Below, one piece after another: positions 28,801-36,978 of a stretch of 50,822 nt of DNA. Made by a program: the position numbers and the translations under genes. Each line of letters begins with the position of its first letter. Within the stretch, counting starts at the first letter, position 1. Under the pieces are notes generated by a model. That model ran no database searches and was not told the origin of the DNA. It saw only the letters and a list, made by a program, of their open reading frames with translations. The stretch is from a virus (Duplodnaviria; Caudoviricetes): IMG/VR virus record IMGVR_UViG_3300030450_002767, positions 1 through 50,822 of that record, one strand, 5' to 3'.

Positions 28801-29384
28801 TTAGCTAATTGTGATTTAGCCCAACTCTCTAAAGCGTCTGCTCCTAATAATGGAACTGATTTTAGAGGAACTTCGGCAATGCCTGCTATTGATACTGGAG
28901 AACCAGCTCTCATAGCACCACCTACACTTTGTAATGCTTCACCAGTCCATCCAACTGCTCTTCTTCCTTGATTAAATGCCCTACCTACCTTACTAGCAGT
29001 TCCAGCTTTTACAGCAACTTGAGTAGCAGATAAACCTAATCTAGCAACACCGCTACCTCCAAATGTAAGCAAACTACCAGCCATTGGAAGCGCAAACCCA
29101 AGTAGGTGCCCCATACTATGAGCCATTGCTTGAGCTTCATCTTCTGGCTCTTCAGACCAGCCACCCATAGATAGTGGCCCAAGAAATCCTTCTGTAAATC
29201 CAGAACTAAATTGGCTTAATAGACCACTTGATTTTCTAGCTTCTTTGGCATTTTCAGCAGAACCGCTAAATGGAATGCCATATATATCGGCATACTCTTT
29301 TAATTCGGCTATCTGATTATCATCATATAGATGGGGATTAAGGTTATAACCAGTAATCCTATTTTGTATATCAAAGGGACTCAC
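19830..29384 (-). CDS. Giant ejection protein containing a two-barrel RNA polymerase (candidate virion RNAP), 3184 aa
   Basis: IDGWIV, LIKGGV, TSSAK, VMRVP and DGADVDGDKVFFY in canonical order; Gly/Ala-rich hydrophobic N-terminus; C-terminal TQFLY..NRP..GKVLTRFQPF typical of large ejection proteins. Confidence 0.85.
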   Translation of the reverse strand: MSPFDIQNRITGYNLNPHLYDDNQIAELKEYADIYGIPFSGSAENAKEARKSSGLLSQFSSGFTEGFLGPLSMGGWSEEPEDEAQAMAHSMGHLLGFALPMAGSLLTFGGSGVARLGLSATQVAVKAGTASKVGRAFNQGRRAVGWTGEALQSVGGAMRAGSPVSIAGIAEVPLKSVPLLGADALESWAKSQLAKHGFAVAKHIGRKGPITGVTKAVDIAFQAGHLSVASGISGLFNGENDEMNNLLFGAVAGGAFGGLGNFVTMGKMIKHPNAKIRGAGMKGLWNYSKEFATGNKERLLSMVAGAGFQGGMATMQGAPTATQVYEYLLGGFFGYQAQGAVAKQANDYFNKFNSEKNSDGTNKYTFEDVRKMAEKGNPEFEALDPGAQKIVKEAHFHHLGEMYDNTLSIPSATLYEAMKAELPRAEKRMAEKLNKKVEDLDKYEKRQAEAEVADTVPPKVMAMEKRNEIVNTVYQAILTDKPSKAVLEITKNLSDKDLLAVKNGNPESLDRAILDYFASKPHDKVQTTYDDILKTQIQLQKGQPELSSAPMLKRFLDKLQDKLVELPNIKPEKVFNDAIKLFNKKDIKNSNDVTSAVKAYLKALTFKHKGLIIDKDMERGLGQLFTRIQQEEIRPIYSINVDKSEVTQVWHKNVVNKVLGVLSPKPADEVINMEKGLWSDKVRVFEFGEVVKTKWGEYRTFSPYAKSLNTTTNRWEYEIKPSDWIKIQRHLWSSKDKFDGRGEFYLKIPKKDNGVERIYRFHKDTRKTRAYTIFGEVSKKAKIEPKLLESYYKTDREVWYNTMGMTRDKVKGEDRTFLDRVYSDSFTSNYLYEKSYNFKGAVDRVKREALFSAKSFFQVNPKDFTKMTKGTDEIDIFIIDDSSGLLGGLKNKAKRLFDKKKPETYYVLNEKGMLEERAWESKIDGWIVMHSDMHKQFLKSNHLEDRTSHIKPSVAVEINGELFLIKGGVHPGRKAYDKFLKNPNAMIVVTSSAKHIPQSVKDSGKIYKAQSRGKTIFEAIDSKGKKIDVEPSLRMPIKDFRINFGVYGDSHSARATTIKKQMHSFFDDLTMSKVGFDKFMDSVLEIPLRGSPETNTYMKSLEKDSSVLPPKNFDISKVSDKHLVEIVNNVNHPLFKEMNLEIFKKIRALEIEEEMPEMHGSLMELKQYANSFEQTYHLTGYNPIATVLNMNLYQRAVHQYRINRFNQPKWENSASGWVAGVDPVMEAMTGGLKENATYQFWNGKGMTKQKVGHVKLGESHKDMKIKWVDGRVERLEDAFNEYNDAIKNKSGEVAISRMRQQLLLAVMRVPANAVSGTRALLFDGFVDNDVQLSDYGVYMRARDHFYIDGADVDGDKVFFYQGLPKEYMRDLVKNDDMLERVKKVGKETKKYIFENKDEKLNKLFNSELGTKKNKYGVSEVDYVENNPLGQWSPGALRKAGQSSFAGKEGMGRVVNTKSFMNTVLSDIIKNKKGILDLKVYSKKGAYLGRLTGKTSEAILRGPTGYYVIGVEASSRTADSANYYRMADANEMVEILWKSAFKNLKFTPKNKLSPIDSPKFWMLKNSETYNQIHDLNQKLFGWNYDKNRKYSAEEIQETLKNTKIDGSYMNSILTIANHMSKNNLNINPLSSFNFGHLDRAIRLIGTNIWRDKDVLDFAVRKNLTIKPQYWRIAYDRVYDIMSKKHPDYRTQKGAPLEEIGSGGKGKAPYADFIFEGLKGELTKSQQSTFDKMYTNDRANAEGFHYMPISKHHASKERDYRLNDTWDIYSVISALQNGKRLKNAIKDEGLTTEGAGNVPYQEINNLAFKIISGGKLSASEQVTSTRWKKKVQEAINVIQGMPEGQMDVFTKYKTPMSKEQNDWTVFRDNIATYANHVKGLFRKGFRDKEVAVYETKESANKKVLEYADHIIKTAESMGIDPRIALDYYYSQLLGSLTPQTFTKRSKLRNLERLKNETKSESKKDEIQKVIDNINDNYEHTGIPKFAWELTAIPDSFKKEFLTGYGKTFDILNTHRPQDLKSYKAEFFYRNNETVEKTEPRSTPEFVEQKEFKIDRLFDVKKPKNIDKSKVPSDITNKVIPSIKRTLRTLPFELTSQINDIYVLMKSQQGKISSTSIRNATFDDIRNFDRFLKEYIEAGANPKSNSKKEWVFKFKNIYELLFPDVVGQRMSTHDLGELYSIKVLARNLDGGAGEATIKVPLSAMSYLQRSSNSIRRFEDSVKNQLQENLFKSIGIKQEIEALPNGIEHFQKIMEIAVKKMNVNRTLEGDRLQFYQEELSVSKKDILDYSERIFRITRDGKTIEKSGEELITEVTEQLNTFFKEEMYESWIGSGLLNKNKEWEKIDWKEVDERRAYEGSGLVIHSLIKYDKWGRFDIDNFYNKVIKLASEGHWQFERMIGNRNSPLSVELLNRVQYEIALEEIIEANKHKPNSIQAQNIRAKHRNPTRTDRLSKEEVFNETTFVGIGQIKDGYFPQMLHNKDKLMSWMNEQQNKLRFQLENHLNTLTSSGKLTESSKEISKKYKPSEYDNRLYLGLIKDRSISKKQFISKYLAKQLADLEGIIGKAVEGDNTGTWGIEFVNSMYRDSKKDWADKESFGMRPGTGASRGDVPMPHFSYNPEVLQKYAEQWTSSFFKNTLSLMARKTIRNYEKDNPMPEEIYSRWSDEMRGFTQDQLGHGALLPIHRLGLSKYQVKRIKAYIDENKDNKDSKVQEIIVNYQHRLRADEQFKKQTGVKGIRYTISDQAIIDWLDIKSQGLGRLTGKLKGFGTIKQPALPIIGKLPPTQKAREKALHDFLTNVGNFEAKMSLLSLLAHPKTALGNIFGGSQNTISNAGFRNFIKANDTKWLLTHVFKDAKLADGTPISDKNTIRRFISEVGALESFYVTEASMDKGLSITRMRPFLNEIPWGKLFTKEMTQVKWKEIAQKHRVWDSMVASGGWFMRVSEARLRADAFLAHYLQAREIYGQLIPNLKFDNPYLIRQALKGVEATQFLYHNVNRPSFSRSAMGKVLTRFQPFAWNSVKFRRNIYKMAKRYGMTDKQSVDRLRRFVTQDLMVASLANIFIGSIFDSTLPPPLSWAQSSAELLFGDPEERERAFFSSYPHPAMAPLQTVTAPIHRYYLPVITALINGDWDKYTSYYVHTLYPGGRFARSIYKTMQSPEMFPEFMFGIPVHKLGANMRKARKEDEEE

Positions 29385-29390
29385 TATATA

Positions 29391-30212
29391 TTAATAGCCT
29401 TTTTGAATCCATCTTCTATTTTTCCATTCTTCCTGGGGAATTCCAAGTTGCATTAACATAGTTTGTACTTCGTCATAGACAGCTTTAGCTTGAATTTCTT
29501 CTGTATTGTCAACGCCTAACCATCCTAAAATGCCTCCTCCGTCTAAAAAGTCTTTTCCTTGGTCTGACATATTTAAATGTTTCCATACATCCATTACTAA
29601 ATTTTCAGCAGATTTTCTCCTAGGGTCATTTTTAGGTATGTCTAAACGATTTAACTCTCCAATCATTTGTCTTAATTCACCAGAACTTTTTCCATATTCT
29701 TCTATCATCTCACTTTCATCAAGACCCATTGTTTTATCTTCATTGAAAAAATCAGCAAGCCCACCTCTTAAATTTGGAGGAATATAAGCATCTCTTAATT
29801 TTTTCTTTTCTAACTCAGCATCATACTTTTTTTCTTCTCTTCCTGCATCATAAGTAAGACCCAATTTTTTAATCATGCCATCAAGTTCCATCTTATATTT
29901 TGCGAGTTCAGTTGCGCTTCTCAGACTGTCTTTTTTAGAAGTAGCATCTAATTGCTCTCTTAATCTTAAAAGCTCATTTGCATATCTACTGGAATCGTCT
30001 TTAGAACGAGCCTCTAATTCTTGTCTCATTTTTTCAAGAAGAAATTCATTTTGCTGTCCTTGGCGGTCTCCCGCTAAAGAATCAGCTAATAGCATCTCCT
30101 CTGTCTTAGCTACAATTCCTGTATTTTGCATTTGTCTCTGATTTGATTGATTTAGCCTATCTCGATATGTAGTGCCAATTTGGTTTGATAATTCATCTAA
30201 TATTCCTTGCAT
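29391..30212 (-). CDS. Putative ejection (internal virion) protein
   Basis: Helical, Q/E/K-rich; lies between the nozzle and the giant protein. Confidence 0.65.
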   Translation of the reverse strand: MQGILDELSNQIGTTYRDRLNQSNQRQMQNTGIVAKTEEMLLADSLAGDRQGQQNEFLLEKMRQELEARSKDDSSRYANELLRLREQLDATSKKDSLRSATELAKYKMELDGMIKKLGLTYDAGREEKKYDAELEKKKLRDAYIPPNLRGGLADFFNEDKTMGLDESEMIEEYGKSSGELRQMIGELNRLDIPKNDPRRKSAENLVMDVWKHLNMSDQGKDFLDGGGILGWLGVDNTEEIQAKAVYDEVQTMLMQLGIPQEEWKNRRWIQKGY

Positions 30213-30790
30213 TATGAACTCCTTACGTTTTGTTTTCGACCCTCTAAGGCAAAAATCCTGTCAGATGCCTGTGCGTCTCTTTCTATGTTTTTAGATATTG
30301 TATCTATATAATTCATGTTGGCTTTATTAACAGATGTTGATATTGCCTGTTTCCCTTGCTCAAACCTACTTGAATCAGTTGCAGTATTACCTGCAAAATT
30401 CATTGAATTAATTATTCCACCTGTTTTTTTCTGCTCAAGTGCATTAACTGTATTAAATTTCTGTAAAGCCACGTTTTTAGATGTTTCTACATTTGAACGA
30501 ATATTAGCAATGTCTTTGTCTAGCGCTTTTATTACCCTGCCTTTTTTATCTACCGTTGTTCCACTATCCCACCATCCTGTAGCATCACCTATACCTCCAA
30601 CGAGTCCTTCTCTTCCAATATGAGTATCCCAAAACTTTCTTCCACCTTTAGTTCCAGAAAGCGAGGCTCCAGCTATTCCACCACCTACAGCACCTAATAA
30701 TCCTCCTCCTATAAGTATTGGAGCATAATAAGCACCAGCTACACCTGCACCAACAGTTTTTAACCATCGTGGTATTTTCCATCTACTCAT
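30212..30790 (-). CDS. Putative ejection protein
   Basis: Gly/Ala-rich hydrophobic N-terminus followed by a coiled coil. Confidence 0.65.
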   Translation of the reverse strand: MSRWKIPRWLKTVGAGVAGAYYAPILIGGGLLGAVGGGIAGASLSGTKGGRKFWDTHIGREGLVGGIGDATGWWDSGTTVDKKGRVIKALDKDIANIRSNVETSKNVALQKFNTVNALEQKKTGGIINSMNFAGNTATDSSRFEQGKQAISTSVNKANMNYIDTISKNIERDAQASDRIFALEGRKQNVRSS

Positions 30791-31338
30791 ATTCCTAACT
30801 CCTTACTCCATCTATTGAGTGTAGTACCCTGTTTATTAGCTCCATATCCCATTGCCATTAGAGCTGTTAAAATCTGAATAGTAGGATTAGACATTAGCGT
30901 TCCAGCCGTACTTTGCGTTCCTGCTTTTACAGCTTCTTCTGTCATACCCTGTTGTACTAAAGCAGAAGTAGGTTGCTGTAAAGCCAATCTACCTAAATCT
31001 CCCATTGCCAACATATCCGAAGTGGGATTGTGGAAATTTTTTAAATTAGCCATTAACCCTTTTACTTTTGGAGCTTTTTGGAGGGGGTGCAATATTTTAT
31101 TTGGATTTGGATATGCCTTAGTTAACCAATCTGGATATTTTGTATTTTGAAATGTCTTAGCTACTTCTCTTCCAAAATTAGCATGCCTAGTTAAAGTCAT
31201 AATCTTATCTAAGTCTTTATACCTTTTATAAAGGCTTGTAAACATCCCTTGGGATTTCTTTTTATCGCTTTCATGTAAATCATAATCAGCTTGTGCTTTT
31301 ATATAATTAGTTGTGGGTTTATAACTATAATTACTCAT
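30787..31338 (-). CDS. Putative ejection protein
   Basis: Position; hydrophobic C-terminal helix. Confidence 0.55.
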   Translation of the reverse strand: MSNYSYKPTTNYIKAQADYDLHESDKKKSQGMFTSLYKRYKDLDKIMTLTRHANFGREVAKTFQNTKYPDWLTKAYPNPNKILHPLQKAPKVKGLMANLKNFHNPTSDMLAMGDLGRLALQQPTSALVQQGMTEEAVKAGTQSTAGTLMSNPTIQILTALMAMGYGANKQGTTLNRWSKELGI

Positions 31339-31339
31339 A

Positions 31340-31780
31340 CTATTTCCTCATAATTGGTCTAAATGTAAATGTTATATCTGCTAAAATAAAATTTTCAAAA
31401 TCTAATGGATTATCTGCTCCAACTGGAATTAATCTAAATCTTAATGCAATCCCCCGCCCTTTAGCCTTACCTGGTATTACCAATTCAGCAGTAGACTGTA
31501 AACCATTTGTTCTATTAAAATGCGTAATACCAGAACGGTGAACAACATGGGGATTTGTTGGCTCTGGGTCTACAGACCTCCATTGGCTCTTACCATCTAT
31601 TTTATAATTAACTGCTAACGCACTAGTCCCAAGGCCATCAATAGAATAAGTAACATGAATCCTACTATATTTCTTAATAAGACTCGCATCGCCACCATCA
31701 TATTCTTTAGTAGTAAAATGCCCTGTACTAATAGACTTTTTAGTCTTGGCACTTGATTTTAATCTTATTTCTACTCCCAT
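31340..31780 (-). CDS. Tail nozzle-associated beta-sandwich protein
   Basis: FTTKEYDGGDASLIKKYSRIHVTY resembles the C-terminal domain of P22 gp10-like proteins. Confidence 0.6.
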   Translation of the reverse strand: MGVEIRLKSSAKTKKSISTGHFTTKEYDGGDASLIKKYSRIHVTYSIDGLGTSALAVNYKIDGKSQWRSVDPEPTNPHVVHRSGITHFNRTNGLQSTAELVIPGKAKGRGIALRFRLIPVGADNPLDFENFILADITFTFRPIMRK

Positions 31781-34700
31781 TACTGTATTATATTGTTTGT
31801 AGCTTTTGAATTAGTTGCTGTATAGCCACCATCTTTGTTCTTAGGTAAATTAGTAGTATTATTCTTTACAATGCCATCCCCAGACGTTCTATTATATTCT
31901 TCTGCCCATAATATATGCCCATTTTTCGTATTTGCGAATCCAGTTTTTTGTGAACTATTAAATAAATTATCTGAAGTACTAAAAGCTTTATTATTAAATG
32001 AGTATACTAAGGTTTTATTATTATTTCTTAAATCCCTTGCTATTAAAACTTGATTCCAGTATGCGTCATATCCAATATGTAATCTAGCATTATAAAACTC
32101 TTCCCATTCTTGTTTAGATATTGTACTACCTTCTGGATTCTCAGTAAGTCTTTGAATTGTCTCTCCACTATAAATATAAATACCACTTCTACTCACCCAA
32201 AATATTCCATAAGGGGTTTGAGCTACTTGATTATCTGATTCGATTCCTACGTGGTGTACAATTTGCTCTATTACTTCACGAGTTTCTCCGTTCTCTAATA
32301 CTTTAATCCCCATAATCGTTAAACTATTCTTTTTAAATTGCAGTAATTTATTCCCAACAACCCTTAAAGAAGTTATTTCATCTCCATCATTAATAGTTGC
32401 TTCAACTAAATTACTTATTCCAACTGTATTATACATACCAATAGCAGATTTTAAAATCCCATCAGGCTTGTAAACCAAAGAGCCTTCCTTCCCTCTGATA
32501 CTAATATTCCCATAGTAAGCTCTCCTATTAAAGATACACGCTGTTTTCCATCCAGAACCACCAACATCAAATCCAATAGGGTCTTTATAGTCTAGTCCAT
32601 AGCGTTGATAAAAACTTTCTACTAAATTAGGAGAGGTAAATACTAAATAGTCACTTCTCCTTTTATGTTCAAAATCACTACTGGCAGATACTCCAATTGC
32701 GCCAGTTGAATACCCATGATGTTGACTAGATATAGTTAATGTATTTAAAGGAAGCCAATCACCAGATAAATTACTTCTAAATCCTTTTTCCAGATTTATA
32801 TCACAAACTAAATAAATATTAGACGGGTCTGATTCTGTATACTTAGCCCAAATTTCAACTCCTTTGAGTCTTTCATTATATGCATTTGTACCATCAGCGC
32901 CAGTTAACTGCCTACCAATAAATACCATAATGCCCATTGCTCTATTATTTTCTTTAGAGGCAGTACTTTGAAAATTTGTACTATTAGCAACTTCGTCTAT
33001 TTGAAATCTCTTTGGTTGACTTACATATCCCCCCTCAAAAACATAAGTAAAATAAAGTTCTACATAATTAGTTTTTGTAAAAGTTCCAACTGTATTATTA
33101 TTGGTATCTGCTGTACCAGCGCCATCAAGAAATTCTACATAAGCTCTTATACCGACTGCTTCAACTCCATATTTTCTATGAGTAAGTTTTTTTATAGCAA
33201 TCTTTGATGTGTCTTCATCATCACCAGCACCACTTCTGCCAAATATAAGAGCTTCTACTTCTGTATTATTCGAGAAAAAAGATTTTCTATCAGCAGGACT
33301 CATTCCCATATGTGACCATTGCGAAAGAGGGGCCGTTTGAACTAAAGAACCCCCATCAATTTCTTCTTCATAAGGAGTTGGAGCTAAATCAGCAGAAACA
33401 AAATTTTCACCCATTAAATCTTCTTTTAAATATGTTTTATCTGTAGATTGCTTACCAAACCACTTAGGTTTATTATTTGCCCTAAATGATGTATCACAAA
33501 CACTTAAATAGCCCTCTGAATCAAAAAATGATAAATCAGAATTATTAGTTGAAGTGGATGTGTCTATTTTTAAATCTATAGTATAGTCAGTCCATTGGTC
33601 ATTATCAACTGAATAAACAGTGGCTTCTGAGTTATCTGTTGCAATAGCAACTAAATTAGTACCTATATCCCCAGACGATTGCACAGAAGATAAATCAACC
33701 TCATTGTCTCTAGCAACCGTAATGCTTTTTATTCCATATGGCGCTGGAGTTCGCTCATCTTGAAAAATTTCAACACCCGCACTAGTTCTTCTCCAATAAA
33801 CAGCCTGGTCATCTGGTATGTCATCTGATTCAATTAAATTATCTTCACTAGCTCCAAATAACCCACTAAACAAATCATCTACTGTCTCCCCTTGGATATT
33901 TGTATGTGTTAAAATCTCTTCTTTTTCAGTTGTCTGGTCTAAATTAGTGTATACTTTTATAGTAATGGAATAATCATATTGTTTATTTCTAGGAATATTA
34001 GTAACACCGTAAATCCATTTACTGAATTGACCAAATACTGGACTGGCTCCAGACATATTCCAAAGAATAGCACTTTTATTTCGATTATTTGTTGAATTCG
34101 TTTTTGTAATATTCGTATTAAAGTCAGACCAGTCAATCGTAGTAGAGTCATATGTAAAGTTTCCACTAGATGGTTTTCTTTTTCTTTCAGAAGGAAAATT
34201 AGTCGAGCCACCACCGTTAGGCCAACTGCCATCTACACTATAATTTATTTGCCCATAATAATCAAATTCCATTTCCATCATCCACATTGGATAATTAGCT
34301 ACATCAGAGCCAAAATCAGCATCTGTTATTTTTTGAACAACAAATTTATTTGAACCACCGCTTTCATTTAAGATTGCTGTAGTTGAACTTAAATGGTCTT
34401 GATTATCAGCCTCATCAGAATAACTAACTGCGTCTGTAGAGTTTGGGTCATAAAATTTCCAAGACCAAGGGATTGTAGAATTACCTTGTACTTCACCAGT
34501 GGTTTTTTCATTAGCCATTATTTCAAGTGCTTTAACTGAGTTACCTTGGAGTTCTAAATTAGCATTATAAGTTGACCAATCCTCTCCACCTTTATAAGCA
34601 TTATGGTAAAAAAGAATATTTTCATCCCTGTCAATATTTCTAATATTTAATGTTCTATAATCTTCATTCCATACTCCATAATCGGAACCAAAATAAAATC

Positions 34701-35013
34701 GTATTACAGCTCTTTTAGGTTCTTTTACCTCTGTAATTGTAGGTGCTATTAAATTACTTGACTGACCAGAAATTGTAAACCCATCATTATCCGCAGACCA
34801 AGAATGTATATTTTTAGCATTACCATCTGGCAATAAGTCAATAAAAGAATCTGTAGATACTACAACCTCGTCTTGAATAGTTGTTAATTGCCCTACTGAA
34901 TCAGATAAAAAATTTACACTCTCAGTTAATTGATTATCTTTAAGATTCTTTTTATTAGAGCCCCGATTGATACCACCACTAAAGTCACGTATTGATTGTT
35001 GTTGTTTAGGCAC
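31780..35013 (-). CDS. Tail nozzle / DNA stabilisation protein (P22 gp10-like)
   Basis: Begins DFSGGIN; beta-propeller-type NRRAYYGN, DGDEIT, LLQFK and TPYGIFWVSRSGIYIYSG. Confidence 0.8.
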   Translation of the reverse strand: MPKQQQSIRDFSGGINRGSNKKNLKDNQLTESVNFLSDSVGQLTTIQDEVVVSTDSFIDLLPDGNAKNIHSWSADNDGFTISGQSSNLIAPTITEVKEPKRAVIRFYFGSDYGVWNEDYRTLNIRNIDRDENILFYHNAYKGGEDWSTYNANLELQGNSVKALEIMANEKTTGEVQGNSTIPWSWKFYDPNSTDAVSYSDEADNQDHLSSTTAILNESGGSNKFVVQKITDADFGSDVANYPMWMMEMEFDYYGQINYSVDGSWPNGGGSTNFPSERKRKPSSGNFTYDSTTIDWSDFNTNITKTNSTNNRNKSAILWNMSGASPVFGQFSKWIYGVTNIPRNKQYDYSITIKVYTNLDQTTEKEEILTHTNIQGETVDDLFSGLFGASEDNLIESDDIPDDQAVYWRRTSAGVEIFQDERTPAPYGIKSITVARDNEVDLSSVQSSGDIGTNLVAIATDNSEATVYSVDNDQWTDYTIDLKIDTSTSTNNSDLSFFDSEGYLSVCDTSFRANNKPKWFGKQSTDKTYLKEDLMGENFVSADLAPTPYEEEIDGGSLVQTAPLSQWSHMGMSPADRKSFFSNNTEVEALIFGRSGAGDDEDTSKIAIKKLTHRKYGVEAVGIRAYVEFLDGAGTADTNNNTVGTFTKTNYVELYFTYVFEGGYVSQPKRFQIDEVANSTNFQSTASKENNRAMGIMVFIGRQLTGADGTNAYNERLKGVEIWAKYTESDPSNIYLVCDINLEKGFRSNLSGDWLPLNTLTISSQHHGYSTGAIGVSASSDFEHKRRSDYLVFTSPNLVESFYQRYGLDYKDPIGFDVGGSGWKTACIFNRRAYYGNISIRGKEGSLVYKPDGILKSAIGMYNTVGISNLVEATINDGDEITSLRVVGNKLLQFKKNSLTIMGIKVLENGETREVIEQIVHHVGIESDNQVAQTPYGIFWVSRSGIYIYSGETIQRLTENPEGSTISKQEWEEFYNARLHIGYDAYWNQVLIARDLRNNNKTLVYSFNNKAFSTSDNLFNSSQKTGFANTKNGHILWAEEYNRTSGDGIVKNNTTNLPKNKDGGYTATNSKATNNIIQ

Positions 35014-35767
35014 GTATTATTTTTCCCGCATAAGAAGTAATTCCATCTACTATATCTAAAACTACTAAATTAAAATTTCCATCATCAAATATATCCACTA
35101 ATCCCACATTATGTGTCCAATTAGTAGGTCTACCCTTTAAGTAATCTTTAGTCATATCTGTTAAGCACCCCATTGAATATGCCATGTGGCTTCCTGAGAT
35201 ATGTGTAATGACGGCTTTTTGGGAATCATGCGTGTGTCCATAGATGATGTTACATCCCAACTGTAAGGCGTGAGTTCTTGCATGGGCAATTCCCATATAG
35301 TGTCCTCCGTGATAAGCGTGTAATTTGCTTCCAAACACTTTAAAGATTTCACCGTAGGGATGCCACTCATACCCACGCTCATCGAATTTGAAAGCTCTTC
35401 TGGAACCGAGATGGTCAAGATAGGGGTTTTCTTCGACAAAGTGGTCAAACCATTTTTCATGATTACCTTGGGCGAATTGCTTTTTGGTGCATTTAACAGA
35501 TTTAAGAACTTTGTCAATCCTGTCCAGCCCTTTATTGCCTTCTTTAATCTCTTTTTTAATTGCAGGAAGCTGGTACTCAAGAGGAGGGCGCTTTTTCTTA
35601 CTCCATTGCCAATGTGAAACTGATTCACCATCAATAGCATCTCCTATTAATAAGAAGCCAGTAGGCTTCACTGCTTTTATGACATTTAAAGCACATTTAA
35701 ATGCTTTCTCGTCTTGGTTTGGAAAATGTATGTCTGGAAATACAACTACTCTGTCTCTGATTTTCAT
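35006..35767 (-). CDS. Calcineurin-like metallophosphoesterase
   Basis: DIH, GDAID, GNHE, HG and GHTH motifs. Confidence 0.93.
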   Translation of the reverse strand: MKIRDRVVVFPDIHFPNQDEKAFKCALNVIKAVKPTGFLLIGDAIDGESVSHWQWSKKKRPPLEYQLPAIKKEIKEGNKGLDRIDKVLKSVKCTKKQFAQGNHEKWFDHFVEENPYLDHLGSRRAFKFDERGYEWHPYGEIFKVFGSKLHAYHGGHYMGIAHARTHALQLGCNIIYGHTHDSQKAVITHISGSHMAYSMGCLTDMTKDYLKGRPTNWTHNVGLVDIFDDGNFNLVVLDIVDGITSYAGKIIRA

Positions 35768-35786
35768 TTATTATCCTCATAATGCC

Positions 35787-36185
35787 CTATTCCTTGATTT
35801 CAAAATGAACCAAGTCATCAAATGAATTATCTTTAGTTGTTCTAGCATTTTTACTTAGACTAGAATCTGACCAGTCGCCACCCCAACGAACATCAACACC
35901 CATCTTAGAAGCAACACCAAGAACAAAGCCACCTAAATAATGAAAGTCGTCACGAGAATTCCAATCTATAGGATATGGAGCAATATCAACTGCCTTGCCT
36001 TCAACATGTTTTCCAAATTTAGTCTTACTCTTACCTTGCTCAACTAATTCATTTTGTCTCTCTTGACTTCTTAGTCCCTCAATTACGGTTATATCGAAAT
36101 ATTTAACTACTTCATTTAACACATTTACTAGGCGAACATCAACACCCTTTAATCTACTCCTAGACCTTTTTCCGAATCTAGGCAC
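35787..36185 (-). CDS. Endolysin, M15-family peptidase (L-Ala-D-Glu type)
   Basis: EGLRSQERQ, KHVEGKAVD, RWGGDW and DLVHFE motifs. Confidence 0.93.
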   Translation of the reverse strand: MPRFGKRSRSRLKGVDVRLVNVLNEVVKYFDITVIEGLRSQERQNELVEQGKSKTKFGKHVEGKAVDIAPYPIDWNSRDDFHYLGGFVLGVASKMGVDVRWGGDWSDSSLSKNARTTKDNSFDDLVHFEIKE

Positions 36186-36419
36186 TTAGAACTTCCAGAC
36201 CATTTTAACTACGGCCATCATGACATCCATGCATTCTTTTGCTATAGCCTGCCTCTCTTTTTCGTCAATTTTACCGTCCTTTGACGCTTCATGATATTTA
36301 GAGGCAACCTCTTTCAATTCTTTTACAACAATACGATATTTGGTAGCAACCATTGTGCCTACTGCACCAAGAATGATTATCATCAAATATGCAAAGTTTT
36401 CCCAATTCATCCAGTCCAT
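36186..36419 (-). CDS. Holin-like membrane protein
   Basis: N-terminal TM helix, DGKIDEKE motif, adjacent to the endolysin; AAGGAG SD. Confidence 0.6.
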   Translation of the reverse strand: MDWMNWENFAYLMIIILGAVGTMVATKYRIVVKELKEVASKYHEASKDGKIDEKERQAIAKECMDVMMAVVKMVWKF

Positions 36420-36566
36420 TTAAGACTCCTTTATCTTTTTTGTTTTTAAATATAAATAATAAATCTGTATTGCGAACATTATACACATAAGCACACCAGA
36501 TATAATATCTGTCCAATAGACAAATCCTAATCCAGTACTAACTCCTGTTACTTTTAAGCTATCCAT
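36420..36566 (-). CDS. Small holin-like membrane protein (48 aa)
   Basis: MDSLKVTGVSTGLGFVYWTDIISGVLMCIMFAIQIYYLYLKTKKIKES; TAATG-coupled; below the ORF-track cutoff. Confidence 0.7.
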   Translation of the reverse strand: MDSLKVTGVSTGLGFVYWTDIISGVLMCIMFAIQIYYLYLKTKKIKES

Positions 36567-36883
36567 TATGTTTTTCCATTTACTCTTGATAAACTACCCT
36601 TTATTTCAGACACCTGATTATCTAAATCATTTATCTCTTTATTTAAAGAATCAAACTTCCTATCTAATTTATCATCACTTTGATTCCATCTATTTATCAG
36701 CTTAATAACCATACCTTCCATGTTTTCAAGAGTCTCAGATTGACCCTTGTTTTCTACCTTTAAATTTTGCAAAGCCTCTGCTTGTTCGTTCCCTCTTTTG
36801 TTCATCGAGTATACCATGAATACAAACATAGCCCCTACGACACCTATCATACCCGCTTCTGAGTATATAGCTAGAAAGTCCAT
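36566..36883 (-). CDS. Membrane-anchored coiled-coil protein (holin/spanin-like)
   Basis: N-terminal TM helix plus coiled coil; GAGGAGG SD. Confidence 0.7.
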   Translation of the reverse strand: MDFLAIYSEAGMIGVVGAMFVFMVYSMNKRGNEQAEALQNLKVENKGQSETLENMEGMVIKLINRWNQSDDKLDRKFDSLNKEINDLDNQVSEIKGSLSRVNGKT

Positions 36884-36885
36884 TG

Positions 36886-36978
36886 CTATTCCTCCTCTTG
36901 CTTACATTCATCACAGATAGCATTTAATGCTTGCTCTACAGGTTTATCACAATCAATGCAGTGAAATGGCATTGGCAT
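36886..36978 (-). CDS. Zinc-finger micropeptide (30 aa)
   Basis: MPMPFHCIDCDKPVEQALNAICDECKQEEE; TAATG-coupled to the upstream gene. Confidence 0.6.
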   Translation of the reverse strand: MPMPFHCIDCDKPVEQALNAICDECKQEEE

